A stretch of 62,687 bases of DNA, filler included, from Rhabdomonas costata (Eukaryota): assembly GCA_019059605.1 (NCBI GenBank). It is 37 parts of 37 records of this genome, joined end to end, with 100 filler letters (N's around TTAATTAATTAA, not from the genome) between each part and the next. Parts side by side here need not be neighbours in the genome. Positions count along the whole stretch, not along the records: positions 49,216 to 50,813 come from JAHMHO010012326.1; positions 50,914 to 52,510 come from JAHMHO010012327.1; positions 52,611 to 54,207 come from JAHMHO010012328.1; positions 54,308 to 55,903 come from JAHMHO010012329.1; positions 56,004 to 57,600 come from JAHMHO010012330.1; positions 57,701 to 59,296 come from JAHMHO010012331.1; positions 59,397 to 60,992 come from JAHMHO010012332.1; positions 61,093 to 62,687 come from JAHMHO010012333.1; 29 more parts are not named here. One strand, 5' to 3'. Positions within the stretch are counted from its first letter, which is position 1; each line of letters opens with the position of its first letter. The translations under genes and the position numbers were made by a program. This document shows, piece by piece, positions 49,490 to 62,630 of this stretch. The notes beneath the pieces were generated by a model. That model searched no databases and had not been told where the DNA came from. It was given only the letters and a program-made list of their open reading frames with translations.

Positions 49490-51722
49490 CTGCAAGGAAG
49501 CAGCCAGTGAGGTTACACACAAGCACCCATAAGAAACAAGAAAACCGGATCCAAAGTAAAACACCGAACGCCAGAAACGAGGAGCTATGGATGCAATATA
49601 AGGAAAAGAGAACGTGTGCCATTCAGCATGTATGCAAGAATGAGCAGGGGGTGGTGTATATTTGAGGTCAGAATAAAGAAGCAGAAAAACAAAAAGAAAA
49701 AGGAAGAAGGAAAAAGAGAAAGGAAAACACATAAGGTCGAAAATCAAAGCATTTCGATATGGTTCCGGGGAATTCTTGCAGTAGCAGGAGTCAGCACAAA
49801 CAAAAACAGGAAGAAGAAAGGCAAGGAAAACCAGTGTGGATACGAATGTAGCAATGACACAAAGCAGAGGGTTGGATGCACACGGGATGCACACGGCAGC
49901 GACAGTGGCGCAAAAGCGCAAAAGTACAGTTGCGTGGGGAATACAATGGGCAGAAGGCGGGGAGAGGGAGGTACTTAGAGAAAATCGGGAATATGGTTCC
50001 GGACAAGATGGGCTCAACCAACGCAACCCAGCACAAAATATCCGGCAAAAGCTTCAAATGCACGCCGTACCTGGCCGTCTTTCATGTCCTCCCACCCCAT
50101 CACCTGCCCAGCCGTCCACCGTTCGGAAAAGTCTCGCTCTGCCTTTATGATGGTGTCCTCGATTGTACTCAGCGGCTGATGTTGCGAGGAGAGCACATTT
50201 GGGGGAAGGGGAAGGGCTAACACGAGCCAGGGAAACCGTCTAAATTGCTGGGGCAGTGGGGCCTGCGTTTCAAAATCAACTGTGATGTGAAGGTCTCAGG
50301 GATCTGTCTGCCACTTCCGCGATAACCGCTCCGCGTTAGCACTGCGGAAGCACGCAAACTGGGTTGAAAAATGAGACAGATACGAGTCAAATGGCCATTT
50401 TTGTGCTATTCTGCGCCGAAAGAGGCACTTGACATTATGGATGAGTATCAGAGACATAATAGCCTAAATAGTCTAAAAGTAGCCTGGAATAAGACCCAAG
50501 GACTAGAAACGAGGGGAAAACGAACATTAAAATGATGTTTCTTGCAATAAGCGCGAACAACCAGCGCTAATTCCTCACTGCTTTGCGTTTTCCACAAACA
50601 AACGGTGCCCAACACAATTTTTTTCTCGATACCCCGTTATTTTGGACGATTTTTATTTGTAAAGGGTCGTCCATGTTCTGTCTGCTCAGCACTGGCGTTG
50701 TCCTTGCAAAGGAAATCGTCGTGGATGTGGGTGAGGGTACGGAAGTCGACAAGCCTTGTGGCACAGTGACTCCGGTGAGTGGGCAAACAGCGGACAAACA
50801 GCAGCGGGGGGGGNNNNNNNNNNNNNNNNNNNNNNNNNNNNNNNNNNNNNNNNNNNNTTAATTAATTAANNNNNNNNNNNNNNNNNNNNNNNNNNNNNNN
50901 NNNNNNNNNNNNNGTGGGGGTTGGTTGGATTTCTGCCTCATTGCGGAGGGAGAAAGCGGTGTGCCCTCCCGCACGTCCCTTCGCGGTTGGATTTTATGTC
51001 TTTCCGCTGCTCACGGAAGTTCGCATGCTGGTGTCTGCACTTGATCGTGCTTTTCGTTGCATTCCTATTCCTGGGCGCTTTATCAAATGGAGAGCTGCAC
51101 GATGTGGGCGGAATTTTTTCGATTCGAGTTCGCCACTAAGCTTTGCCACAACATTTATAAGGTGTTTCACCACTAGCGGCTGGCGGCAGGCAGTCATATT
51201 TACACCCGATGGGCGGAACAAGGGCTCGGAAGGAGAGTACAGACATAAATGCAGAGCCGGAATAGACCATTGCTAACTCCCTACAGGCACGGGTTTGGGG
51301 GTGCCGGCTTTCCCTCGGCTTTATCACCGGATCACCTCGGGACAGCACAGTAGTATTTATGGAAAGCGCCTCCGACACCTGCATGTGGAACATCTTGATT
51401 GGCAGTAGCAACTGATGAGGCTAAGACACTAATTTAAGACTACGGGCCATTATTACGGGCCCTTATTTGAACGAGGTACTAATTGAGATGCTAATTTAAA
51501 ACCAGGGGTCAATTTTTCTGGTGGTGGTAGTGGTGGTGGTGCGTACTATCGTGCTTAAATTTGATCACCTTAGCGTAGGTTTTTTGGTACCTGACTGAAG
51601 TTTACAGCTTATTAGGATTCGACTTAAGACGAGGCACCAGTATCATGGACCCCCCCCCGTCCTCAACATCTATATCACAAGACTTCTTCACCCCTACTCA
51701 TGCTTGTGTGTTCGGCGCAAAG

Positions 51723-52416
51723 GTGTCTGGCTGAAGGTTCAGGCCACCCTTCAGACACGGCTATTTGTACTGGAGCTTCTACGGGGGATGCTGCTGACCT
51801 ATTCAGAGGTTTGTGTGGTAACCGGAATTGGAGTGGTGCTGGGGTGATGGGAATGGGTGTTTTGGATGTGCTTTTTCATTTATCGAGAAGCTCTTCCCTC
51901 GTCGCAGCGTCGTCGGTTGAAACAGGGTCCGAAGTTCAAGTGTCTCGCATAAGTGCCGTTTTATTCTTGGTGTCTTTCGTGCGTGTGTTGTACCATCAAA
52001 TCCCCAAAGTTTTTAGTCTGTTAGGCGGTCTTGTAATGGTGCATTCTTGACACAGGCGATTCAACAGCTCCCTGGGTTTCCTCAAGTGCTGCAGACCAGG
52101 CTGTGCCCCTTACTCACGGAGAGCATCAGCGAGCCCCCCAGCGATCTCAGGTGTGCTCCCAGGCGTGTGATATTTCTTCTCTGTTCTGCCCATTCCACAG
52201 GAAAGGGAAGGCTTTAATTAGGAGTCTGATCAGCGACTTTTAACCATATGTTTTGGTGACCTTGACGCTTCTCTGGGCGCGGATGTGCTGCTTTCCTTGA
52301 GGCCTCAAAATGAGCCCAGGATGGGGATCGTTTGGATGTATTTCTTCTGTTTCTTTGATGTGACTGGTGTGGAATACACTCTCAGGTGGCTGCTGCAGAT
52401 CCTTCGTGTGGCTGAG
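51723..52416 (+). CDS. MON2-like (Sec7/BIG N-terminal HUS region) protein, exons 51723-51808, 52056-52150, 52386-52416
   Basis: Phase-consistent GT-AG splicing gives VWLKVQATLQTRLFVLELLRGMLLTYSE|AIQQLPGFPQVLQTRLCPLLTESISEPPSDLR|WLLQILRVAE, resembling the MON2 WL...RxFxLELL...RVCPL...LLRV segment. Confidence 0.7.
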
Positions 52417-52639
52417 GTCTGTGCAACGTTCAATTTAGTATTTTTTCTTTTTATCTCCGCTGCCTTGTCCTGCACCACTGCCACTGGGCAAGCTTTTATT
52501 CCACCCAACANNNNNNNNNNNNNNNNNNNNNNNNNNNNNNNNNNNNNNNNNNNNTTAATTAATTAANNNNNNNNNNNNNNNNNNNNNNNNNNNNNNNNNN
52601 NNNNNNNNNNGTTTTTGTTGGGTGTGGCTGGGGTCTTTC

Positions 52640-52729
52640 CTCGCGGGAACGGCCCTTGGGGCTTTCTTTCGGATGGATAAAAGGGCAGCACCGGTATCTG
52701 CAAGCGTCGCCGTGCCAGCACTTCGCTCT
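52640..52729 (-). repeat. Dispersed repeat encoding a CCCH zinc finger (copy 2)
   Basis: RAKCWHGDACRYRCCPFIHPKE, homologous to 21622-21712. Confidence 0.8.
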
Positions 52730-54943
52730 GTCTTTGCGGTACGGGCTATTATGAGTGTGTGTGTGTGTGCGTGCGTGCACGTAAGTATTTCTGTGCTGAG
52801 CAGCTCATTTTTTTTTACAAATAGACTCTCATGCAGCGGCAAAACGACACAAACCCAAGCTGTGATGCACTTACACTGCGTTATGTGTGAAGCGGAAGAG
52901 GTGGTTCAGCTGGGTACATCTATGCAAATGGGACATAAAAGTGTGTGTCTTGGACTTACCTATACAATTGGACTTACCAGAATTCATAGACTGTGAGCGA
53001 CCTTCCGGAACGCCATGGTAAACAATGACCCGTTTGCAGTGCAGAACGCTTGAGAGGCGCCCCCAGAGCGAAATCGAGCATTCCAAAGGGTGTGGTCAAC
53101 CGAACTGACAGGACGCTGCACTCTGTGGCCTTAACAAAACATCCAGGGGCGGAGGGACTGAAAGGGGCCACAACTGAGCAGGAGCACCTGACTTTCACTT
53201 CAAGTACAACAGAAACAACACGCGACGGTAAATCGTATGCGACTAAATGAGCTAGAGATACGAACAGCTGACAGGCGGTGGAGGGAGAGAAAACCATCTG
53301 AGAGATTCCCTTTCCAGTGTACAAAACAAAAAACCCTCGTCATCTACAGGGCAACAAAATGCCTGGACCGACAGTCAACATACTATCAGGATCAAACACA
53401 ACAGAAAAAAAACCAGGCGCGCCTCACCCTCGACCCACGTAACCGCAACCTTCTCCCAGTTACCAAATGATTGCTGCCAATCACAGCTTTGTGTCCCAGC
53501 TCTGTTTAATAGCTCGAGCGGAACAGCACAGCCACAGTCATGCACTCAACCGCAGCATGCATGGCGGGTGCGCGTATCACCCAGGAAAAAAGGGAAGGGT
53601 CCAGAAACAAGCAAAACGCAGGCCAAACCTGCGGACATAAAAGCGGAGGGATGGCGGCTGAGATAAACGGACAAATCATGCTCCATGCAATCCAACCTCG
53701 TAACCGAGATCGGGAGTGTTCAAAATTGTGTGAGGTAGTGAGCAGGTGAAAACGGGTAAAAACTTCGAGAGATTTCACCGAGGTGATAAAAAGCAGACTA
53801 TACAAAAGCATGGCACAACGTGGCACAACGCACATCAACAAAAAGTGCACACAAAGAAGAAAACCCCCAAGATGTCTACACACTGCTGGCTTATGCCCTG
53901 AGCACCGAGGAAATTGTATGTAACCGCTACCACTATGCAACCTGTGAGGGCAGATATTCGGGTGCCATGTGAACAAAGATTCCATGCGATAGGCCATCGG
54001 CAGAATTTGGAAAACGCTCAAAAATCCAAAAGCTGGCGAAATCAAGCACAGAGAGCACCTCCGCAGCGTTTTGAGAAGAGCTGAGGGGGACATCATCCAC
54101 ATCCACACAGGGAAAATCCAAATCGAGCGGGGAAGAGGGCAAAGAGAAAAGAGAAGAGAAGCCCGAGCCAAAAGAAAAGGACAAAAAACCCCACACACAC
54201 CCAACACNNNNNNNNNNNNNNNNNNNNNNNNNNNNNNNNNNNNNNNNNNNNTTAATTAATTAANNNNNNNNNNNNNNNNNNNNNNNNNNNNNNNNNNNNN
54301 NNNNNNNTTGTTGTGGTGCATTCCTCTCCGTTTTCTTGTGTTGCACACCACCATTCAGTTGGGAGCAGCTAGCTTTGTACCCCAACTGAATGGTGGTGTG
54401 CAACACAAGAAAACGGAGAGGAATGCACCACATATCGAAGTTGTTGGAAACCAATCGATCAACGTTAGGAAAGGAGCCAGCAACTTTCTCAACAGAGTGC
54501 CGTGAACATAAGAACGCAGACCCCAAAACTCCGTTGTCGTAGTTAGTACGGGTCGTCAACTTTCTCGGGGTTTGGGAGCTTCGAGAGGGGACAGCATCAC
54601 CCCATTTGGTGACAAAACAGTAGAACGTCGTGGCCATCCATTTCCTCTATCCTTTCTATCCCTTTCTTCTATCCGTTCCATGTGTCTGTCAAGTTACGCG
54701 CTCAATTCACATAAAAACCCCCCGTGAATTTGCAATTTTCGTTCAAAGCAACCTTTTTGTGCTCGTGCAAAGCGGCACTAGTCAGAGCATTACGTCCGGC
54801 CCAGGTCCATAGATAGCTCAAATCAAAGAGCAAACAGAAAAAGTCAGAACCATCCGATACGTTCGGGAGCATCCGAAGAAGGATGGGAAAAGCTCCTTCC
54901 TTCTCCGATCAAACCATGCAACCAAAAAGAATCGGGCGCCAAC

Positions 54944-55402
54944 CTGCTCTTCCGTGCGAAGCCGATTGTAGCACGGCTGCTGCAGGACGGACTGCAGCAG
55001 GTGCAAGGTGGCGGCCTTCTTCCCGGTCAGCTCCCTGGCCGGGATCACAGGCGCCAGCTGGAAGGTCCCCAATAACCCCGAATTCGCCTCCCCTGGGAAA
55101 GAAGCGGAAGGACCACAGGCAAACCACGCGCAGCAAGGACCAAGACACTGAACTGAGAGTGCAACAGAAACCAATACCCAAGGGAACCAGTCGCTGAACA
55201 AAACCATCTCGGTCAACTCAAAGAAAAGAAGAAAAGGAAGAAAGAAAAAGCCTGAGCACAGGGGAGGTGGACTGAGATGGCTGTCAGGACTTAGTGTAAG
55301 TGGGCGGGAGCGGGTCGGGGGACAGGAAGAAAAGAGAACAGTACCTGAGTTAGGCGCCGGGATCGTGAATGCTGTGCTGTTCTCGGGAAGAACAACTGCG
55401 CC
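54944..55402 (-). CDS. Insulysin-like (peptidase M16A) C-terminal region, exons 55402-55345 and 55092-54944
   Basis: Spliced ...IPAPNS(G)|EANSGLLGTFQ...LLQSVLQQPCYNRLRTEEQ matches the P-x-(F/Y)-x-x-LRT-x-EQ(LGY) motif. Confidence 0.8.
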
Positions 55403-56799
55403 CTGACGACAAAAAAAGCCGATTGGTCCATTCGAAGGAAAATTGCGTGGAGTTTGCGTTGGACCCGGGTGCCGGCTTACGGAGTACAAATATTCACCGA
55501 GACGGAGCAAAAGCAGAGTAAATCAGTTACACCCCACCCCAACACACACCCTATCCCAACGCCTTGCTCCAATACCAACACCTCCATCCGCAGATGCAGT
55601 AGACAAAAGAGGTTACAGAAATTAATTGGCCCCTCTAACAGAACACGGCAAAAAAAAAAGGGACAAAGTCACACCAATCTCGGACTCACGAGCAAAGCGA
55701 TATCAAACAAGCGAAAGAGCCACCATACGCAAAATCCACAAGGGAGAAAGAACGCATACACGCCCCAGTTCACGCCAACCATGAGAAAGCATTTACGCCC
55801 TCGACCCCGCGCCTGGGAAGGGAAAGAGGGGGGAGGGGGTAGAATACGTCACGGACCAGCTCCTCGGGCTCGCGGGCGCCTTCGCCGCTCTGTACCCCAC
55901 CCCNNNNNNNNNNNNNNNNNNNNNNNNNNNNNNNNNNNNNNNNNNNNTTAATTAATTAANNNNNNNNNNNNNNNNNNNNNNNNNNNNNNNNNNNNNNNNN
56001 NNNTTTTGTTTGTACTTCATTCACACACAAGAGAGAGATATGTCTTCCATTTCCATGAGCACCGTTTACATTTTTCTTAATGTCCGATCCACCTGAGGGG
56101 AAAGGACATTAAGAAAAATGTAAACGGTGCTCATGGAAATGGAAGACATATCTCTCTCTTGTGTGTGAATGAAGTACAAGCAACAATAAAACTAGTCGCA
56201 GCTGCGAAAAAAGATCAAACGAAAAAGAAGGCACCAAAATCAGCGCATTATTCGCCTTCTCCTCCTTTGAGCTGGGTACAGGCTAAGGGAACCGCCTGCA
56301 CACCTTCGGGGCCTCTGCTCCGGAGGAGACATCCACGGTCAACTTGTCAGCTAGCGTTCGCACCACGTGTGTGGTCAGCCCCTCCGCCTGAAAGGTTTCC
56401 GGCGAATCAGATGTAGCGGCTTTTCGTCCAGGGAGAAACCCAAGAAGATGGATAGCAGCGAAAATAAGAAAGCCCTAACCCTCCTCTGCATGCCAAAAGA
56501 AAGCAACGTGCTGGGCAGAACAAGCACAACGACAATGGAGTGCTAATAGGGAAAGGGAACGGGAAGACGAAGGGAAAAGTTTAAGCATCCAGTGAAAAGT
56601 CAGAGCGAGAAAAAAAAAGACTCGACGAAGGGGAAGCGAGACGCGAGCAACGACAACCCACCACAAACCTCGTTTTCCATCACGATGACTTCCTCGAGGA
56701 GAAGTTGTGGAATCTGAAAGAGCATAGAGCAAGCCAGTCACAGTCACCTTCCCCTCAGGATAATACCCACCCACCCTATACCCTTTACACAGGAGGAAC

Positions 56800-56877
56800 C
56801 TCCGTGGTCTTATCCACTTGCACGACGAACTCCGTCACTTTGTCAATGTACTCGTCTTGGGAGATCGGGTCCGTCAT
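56800..56877 (-). CDS. Probable first exon of an unknown protein
   Basis: CAG-TGCG-ATG, then MTDPISQDEYIDKVTEFVVQVDKTTE and a GT donor. Confidence 0.45.
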
Positions 56878-57717
56878 CGCACTGCGGGATGACTCCTTTG
56901 GGAATTGACCCCCCACCCATCTTGGCATACGGAATGGGCTTGACCCCATATCAAACAATAAGGAGGAAGAGAAGACGCAGGAGGAAAAGAAGGAAGGCAC
57001 TGTGTTCTGGGTCGTGCCCGTTGTCACTTTTTTTTTAGCTAAGATCTGCTAACACGAGGAAAAGTACGCAAGCCCGAAATCACGAAACGTACAAGGAACA
57101 GTTCAACTTCACCTTGCACAAAAGTTAGAAAATAATCATCAGGCAATCAACCACACCACCCAAAATCATTGGGGCAACGAAGAACAGAAAATGACAACCA
57201 CCCTCACCCTCACAGATGCTCCATTTCCGCGTTCTTCCATACCTGGGCTCGCGTGGGCGTAACCCCAGCGCCGGTACCACGCAGGGACTTCATCCCTGAG
57301 TGGGTGGCCTTATCTAAACAAAAATGAAGGGCAAGCCCTTTGCACGACAGAAGTTGGAAACAATTATAGTACAGAGGAAAAGGCAAGATGGCGGCAGGGA
57401 AGAGCGAGGTCTTCGTGTCACGAATGCGATAACGGTATCAAAGACAACGACCGCCGTCTCCTCGCCATGAAATCGCGAGCGGTTCATCAGAGCAGATGTT
57501 CACCCTGAAATATCCCAGCACCGGCACAGTGAGGGTGTCTTCCAAACGGGAGGAAAGAAGTGTCCCCATTTCTTCAAGCTCAACTATAATCCCAAAACAA
57601 NNNNNNNNNNNNNNNNNNNNNNNNNNNNNNNNNNNNNNNNNNNNTTAATTAATTAANNNNNNNNNNNNNNNNNNNNNNNNNNNNNNNNNNNNNNNNNNNN
57701 TTTTTTTTGGGTTCCAG

Positions 57718-57788
57718 ACCTGGCTGCTGTGATATCGAAGACTTGGTGCACCTTGCAAAGGAGCACACGTTTTGCCCGTTTTTTCTGG
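57718..57788 (+). CDS. XPD/RTEL1/FANCJ-family helicase (DEAD_2 region), single exon
   Basis: CCAG|...CCDIEDLVHLAKEHTFCPFFL|GTGAGT matches the DIEDL...CPY(Y/F) motif. Confidence 0.8.
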
Positions 57789-60497
57789 GTGAGTCCCTCC
57801 TCCCATACACTTTTATTTTTGCTCTGGCTGTGCAGAGCGTCGCCACCCCCTCCTACTTTTACGTACAGCGTTGGCCTTTCCCTCCTCAGCATGATCAGGC
57901 GCAGCTTTCTTCAACTGGACCTGCCCCTTTTCACGCCTCCCGCCTTTTTTTTCATCCCCTAGAGCTCCACGTCTCGGTCGCCCAACTTGTGTGCCTTCTT
58001 GCACGTCCTGCGCAGCAGTCCGTTGCGTTTTTGGCCCGATGTGCGCCCTCATTCATTGGAAAAAGCCCTTCTGCCTTTCATTCACGGTGCCGGGACGGAC
58101 ATCATCTTGAATAATAAACTCCACTCTGCTGCAGCATTCTCTCCCCGCGAGTCCTGGAATAGTGCTAGGTAGTCCCCTGGGGCAGCAGAACCAAGCGTAC
58201 CACACAGACGGCAAATTGCAGGACTCCAAAGCATCTCGTCAGCCTCCTTCATTGGTGGTGCTGCTCATCCGCACCACTCCCCACAAAGAAAGAAAGGGGT
58301 GTCAACAATTTCTCTGCCTCTTTGTGCCTCTTTGCAAACCGTGGTGAACCGCACGTTAGAACGGGAACCCCTGTCCAAACTTTTCTGACCTAATTAAGAA
58401 ATGCAAAGCTTCCCTCTGCTCACAGGGGTTTGTTGTGCTCTGAAGTTGGTTGTTGAAGCGCACCTGGCCCTAAGAACGAATTCAGTTTCTCTTTGTCCCC
58501 CAGGTTCTTCTCTTCGTCAACAGGGTACTCCTCTACCACCCCCAGGGGGGTCCCTTTTGTTTCGTTTTTTTGTGCGCTTTCAGAGGTGCTGCCCCGCTTC
58601 TGCCTTTCTCTTTCTCTCTCCCTCGATCTCCTCCTCCCCTATTCCGTTGACGAAGATGACTCGCGTCGACGGCTCAGGATCCGTGGTGGCGCCCCCAACC
58701 CTGACTCAGCTGCAAAAGGTTCCCTTCGCTTTGAAATTCACAGCCATGCAGAGCAGCGGGGTGTGGTGGGTTGGGTCGTCAGTTCCATCAGGATGAAACC
58801 ATAATGAAAGGCTTTTTCAGCGGCCCTCGCAGGTTTTCTGTTTTTTTACCTTAAACCCCAACTCCTGGGTGTTTGACACTGGGTGTGTTCTCAGAATGCA
58901 GGTAAGACAGACAAGTTCGCGTGTAAAAATACAGTGTAACAAGCACAAGGTTCGAGGGCGAGGTCAGGGAGACAGTTGCTCCCCTCGAGGAAGGGCTCCC
59001 TGCGTAGGAAGCATCCTTCTCCGTCTGTTCTGCGCGTCTAATCTCAAATACTGCTCACACAGCCATCGTCATCAGATAATTTCCTCCACCCTGAGGCTGC
59101 GGAAGGCAGCTATTAATTTGCGTGTAATTTTTCGGATTACTGTGGACGGCTTTGGGAAAAAGAGGTCCAACCAAATTGGCTTGCGGTGCAGGGGTTGAAA
59201 TCGACCTTTGCTCTCCGGCAAGGTGGTTATGACACTCGGGTTGACGAATTCGCGAGAAGTTTTTCGAATCCCGCGGCTTACCGCGCCCTTAGCTGGNNNN
59301 NNNNNNNNNNNNNNNNNNNNNNNNNNNNNNNNNNNNNNNNTTAATTAATTAANNNNNNNNNNNNNNNNNNNNNNNNNNNNNNNNNNNNNNNNNNNNAACT
59401 GTACCACAACACATGGCTGGGTTTAAACCCTACCTTTAAGTACCCTTCTACAGGAACAGCCGGTTGAAGAACAAAAAACTTGCAAGAAAAGTTGTGTGGC
59501 AGCAGCCCACAGTAGGCCTCACAGGAAGACGTGCCCAGCAAGCTGAGCAAAGCATGCGCCCCTTGTGGCCTTACTGGAGGCACTCGAAAACCCGGTTTTC
59601 AGGTGCATCTTTGACAGGCTAGATTCAGGCAGAATTCACGCCACCTCAAAAGTGAGAGTTTCAGAAACGTCAAACGGAAGAGTTTTGCCTTAAATGGGCG
59701 ATGAGTTTGGCTTAAAAGGAAAGTGCACCAATGACGGTGCACTTGGAGCGAATAGCAATGCTCCATCGCTGGTGTGGTGCCCCACATTTCTGGGCCGCTG
59801 GGAGTTGAGTTCTTTTTTCGCCAGAAATACCTGCAAACACTCACTTCTTGGCTTATGGAGCGAAAATTTCGCTACACGGCCAAATCCGTCACATACCATC
59901 GAAAAGTACGTTACACTGTAAACTCAGAACTGTACGACAACATGGACAACATATGGCAGGGTTTCCGGGTTCTTCTCACAGCATGTCCCCAGACAACGGC
60001 ATTTCTATAGGCTACAAAGATTTCCAATGGAAAACAGTCACATACCATTTTCTGAGTTTCCGTAAGTCAATTACCTTATAAACAGCAACTAAATCCCCAG
60101 AGCCCCCTTGCAACTTCTCGCAAGGTTGAAAGCAGAAAAAACTGAGCGCAAGGGCGAACAAATCCATGGTCCGGATTTTTATTGATTGGGATTTTTGGAC
60201 AATTTGGACGAGCGCAGCTCGCAGCGCGTGGCTCTGGCAGCTATTCCTTCTCCTGCCGGTGGGCGACGGCGGGGGTGCGCGTTCGCGAACCGCTTACGTA
60301 CTTCGCAAAAGAACACCGGCATAAAAATGTCGGATGTTGAACCAAAAAGATGGTTCAGCCCACCAAAAAAAATGCAAGCGACAACCAAGAGGCTGTTCCT
60401 GGACGGGAGGTGATAATGTGGTGTGGTGTTGGTGCTCTGGTGTCTGCATTTAGTGCGTAGGAAGGCCACCTCCCCCGAGCACACACCCTCACAGCAC

Positions 60498-60596
60498 CTC
60501 TCTCGTCTGCAACTCAGAGAGCTCGAGCTGTCGCCGGCTGGCCTCCTCCTCATTTACCAGGAACTCCGCCACTGCGTGGGCCAACTTGGCAAACCG
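60498..60596 (-). CDS. Probable exon of a coiled-coil protein (a further upstream exon is likely near 60913-60980)
   Basis: A pyrimidine tract precedes CAG|RFAKLAHAVAEFLVNEEEASRRQLELSELQTRE|GT, 99 nt. Confidence 0.55.
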
Positions 60597-61179
60597 CTGA
60601 CAGACAGAGAGAGAGAGAAGAGAGGGAGAGAGAACGAAGTTGATGAGAAGCAGCTTAACACCTTCCAGGACATCTATCCCCCGTCGTCCACCACAGTAAT
60701 AATGAAGGTTAAAAAAGTTGACAACTGGACTTCTGTATCTCTTCCCTTCTCCCAAAATAAGATATGAACCGCAGAAATCAAGAGAAAACGGGACCGAAAA
60801 AGGGGTGTACAGTCTCTAAAGAACCTTTTTCTACCCCCCTTCGACTGGAATTACACCCTTTGCGTAAAAGAAGGGAGAACACGTGCGGGAAACGAGAAAA
60901 CGTGGAGCTAACCTCAAACTCGAACTGCAGCCTGCGCTCCAGCTCCTCTGCAGTGCTCCCTGGTGTGGCCTCCGCCAGGCCCCACACCACCCNNNNNNNN
61001 NNNNNNNNNNNNNNNNNNNNNNNNNNNNNNNNNNNNTTAATTAATTAANNNNNNNNNNNNNNNNNNNNNNNNNNNNNNNNNNNNNNNNNNNNGCCTTCTG
61101 GTCCGTTGGGTTGAGACTTCCGCTTCAGGCGGACTTCCACCTTGGTGCGCTCCCGAAATTGATCCCACTTCTGAAACCT

Positions 61180-62630
61180 GCGGGAGGCTTGAGACCGGTG
61201 GCCGTGGGGCGATTCTCACTTCAAAGGTATTACAGCGGCGTTTCTCCGACTCGCTCAGTGCAACTTTAGCTCCCCTGCAGCTCGGTGTTGGGGTCGGAAC
61301 AGATCAGCAGAAAGTTAGAGCGAATTCTGCATGACCATCCGGATTGGCATGTCCTCCAGATTGATCTTTCCAACGCGTTCAACTGCGTAAGTCGTCAAAG
61401 CATGCAACGGGCACTTTCTGAGCTTGCCCCCGACCTCTTGCCCTGGTTTGAGTTTACGCACGGACAGCCCTCGCCCCTTTTCTGCCAATCTGAGCTCTTG
61501 TGGTCATCTCAAGGCACCCAGCAAGGGGACCCGCTGGGACCCGCTTTCTTTGCTCTTGCCATTCAGCGAGCGATCAGCTGCCTCGGGGAAGTGCCAGGTC
61601 TAGAATGGCAGGTATGGTACCTCGACGACGGAGTTTTGGTTGGTGAGCCGAGCTCCCTGACTGGCGTGCTGGAGGAGCTTACCCACCAATTTCTGCAACT
61701 CGGCCTTCGAGTTAATCTCGCCAAGTGCAAACTGTGGAGCCCGCAAGGAGTGGCACACGACACCCCGTTTTGGGGACCCCATTTGGCTCGGATGCGGCCG
61801 TCTCCCAATTCCTCAGCGAGGTTCGGTCCAAACATCATGCATTACTGCAGCGACTGGCAAAGTTCCCTGATCCTCAGGTTGCACTGAGTTTGTTACGCTA
61901 TTGCTTGGGGGCGCAGAAGATCAATCATCTTCTGCGCCTGCTGTGGTCCCCCATCTGCAGTGCTTTCGCTGACGAGACTGAGCAAGACCTCCGGTCCACT
62001 CTAGATTGCATCCTGGGAACCTGTCTGCCGGATGCCGCGTGGAAGCAGTGCTGTCTTCCCATTCGTCTCGGAGGGTTCGGCATTCAAAGCCCTTCCCTGA
62101 CCCACGGTGCCGCCTACTTCTCTTCGGCTTTGGCCGACTACTCTGGAGCGTTCTCCACAGAAAGTGAATCGTCACTCTCCCTCCCTCAGCCGAGTCAGAA
62201 TGTTAAGGATCAGCTGTTTGCTCAGCACTACTGGGCTGACAAAGTGCATGTGTTCCTTCACTTCTAGCAGATGCCCCTCTCCGGGACAAGGTGAGACTTC
62301 TGAGCTTGGGCAACCGTCCTGCAGGTGACTGGCTGGGTGTGGCTCCAAACGCCAACCTCGGGTTCCGTTTTGACAAAGGGGAGAACTAGCTGCTAACTCA
62401 CTTTCATCTTGGACTTCCGCTTCTCCCAGCTGCAGCGGCCGGTACTCCTGTGATCTTTGCGGTCAGCCTCAGGACGTGTTTGGGGATCATCTAGTCGCGT
62501 GCCCAAAGGCGGGGACGTGGAAGCGACACAACAGCTTTTGCGCAGCTGTCGCGGAATTTGCGGATAATGTCGGCCTCCTCGTGGACACAGAAGTCCAGGT
62601 TCAGGGTCGGGAACGGCCGGGCGAGATACC
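61180..62630 (+). mobile_element. CRE-like non-LTR retrotransposon (RT, Zn knuckle, start of restriction-like endonuclease), frameshifted
   Basis: PLQLGVG, IDLSNAFNCVSR, GTQQGDPLGPAFFALAI, WYLDDG, GLRVNLAKC, VLGTPFGS, LPIRLGGFGI, CDLCG...GDHLVAC....KRHN, RERPGEI. Confidence 0.9.

Noticed and set aside
6790-56180. Long inverted repeats at contig ends (about 6790-6902, 13406-13470, 16979-17071, 33685-33845, 37343-37496, 40476-40624, 48998-49115, 54312-54431, 56008-56180) as MITEs, terminators or hairpin telomeres
   Set aside because: All nine touch a contig end and share no sequence, and one duplicates part of a coding exon (37438-37496). They are best explained as fold-back artefacts of amplification.
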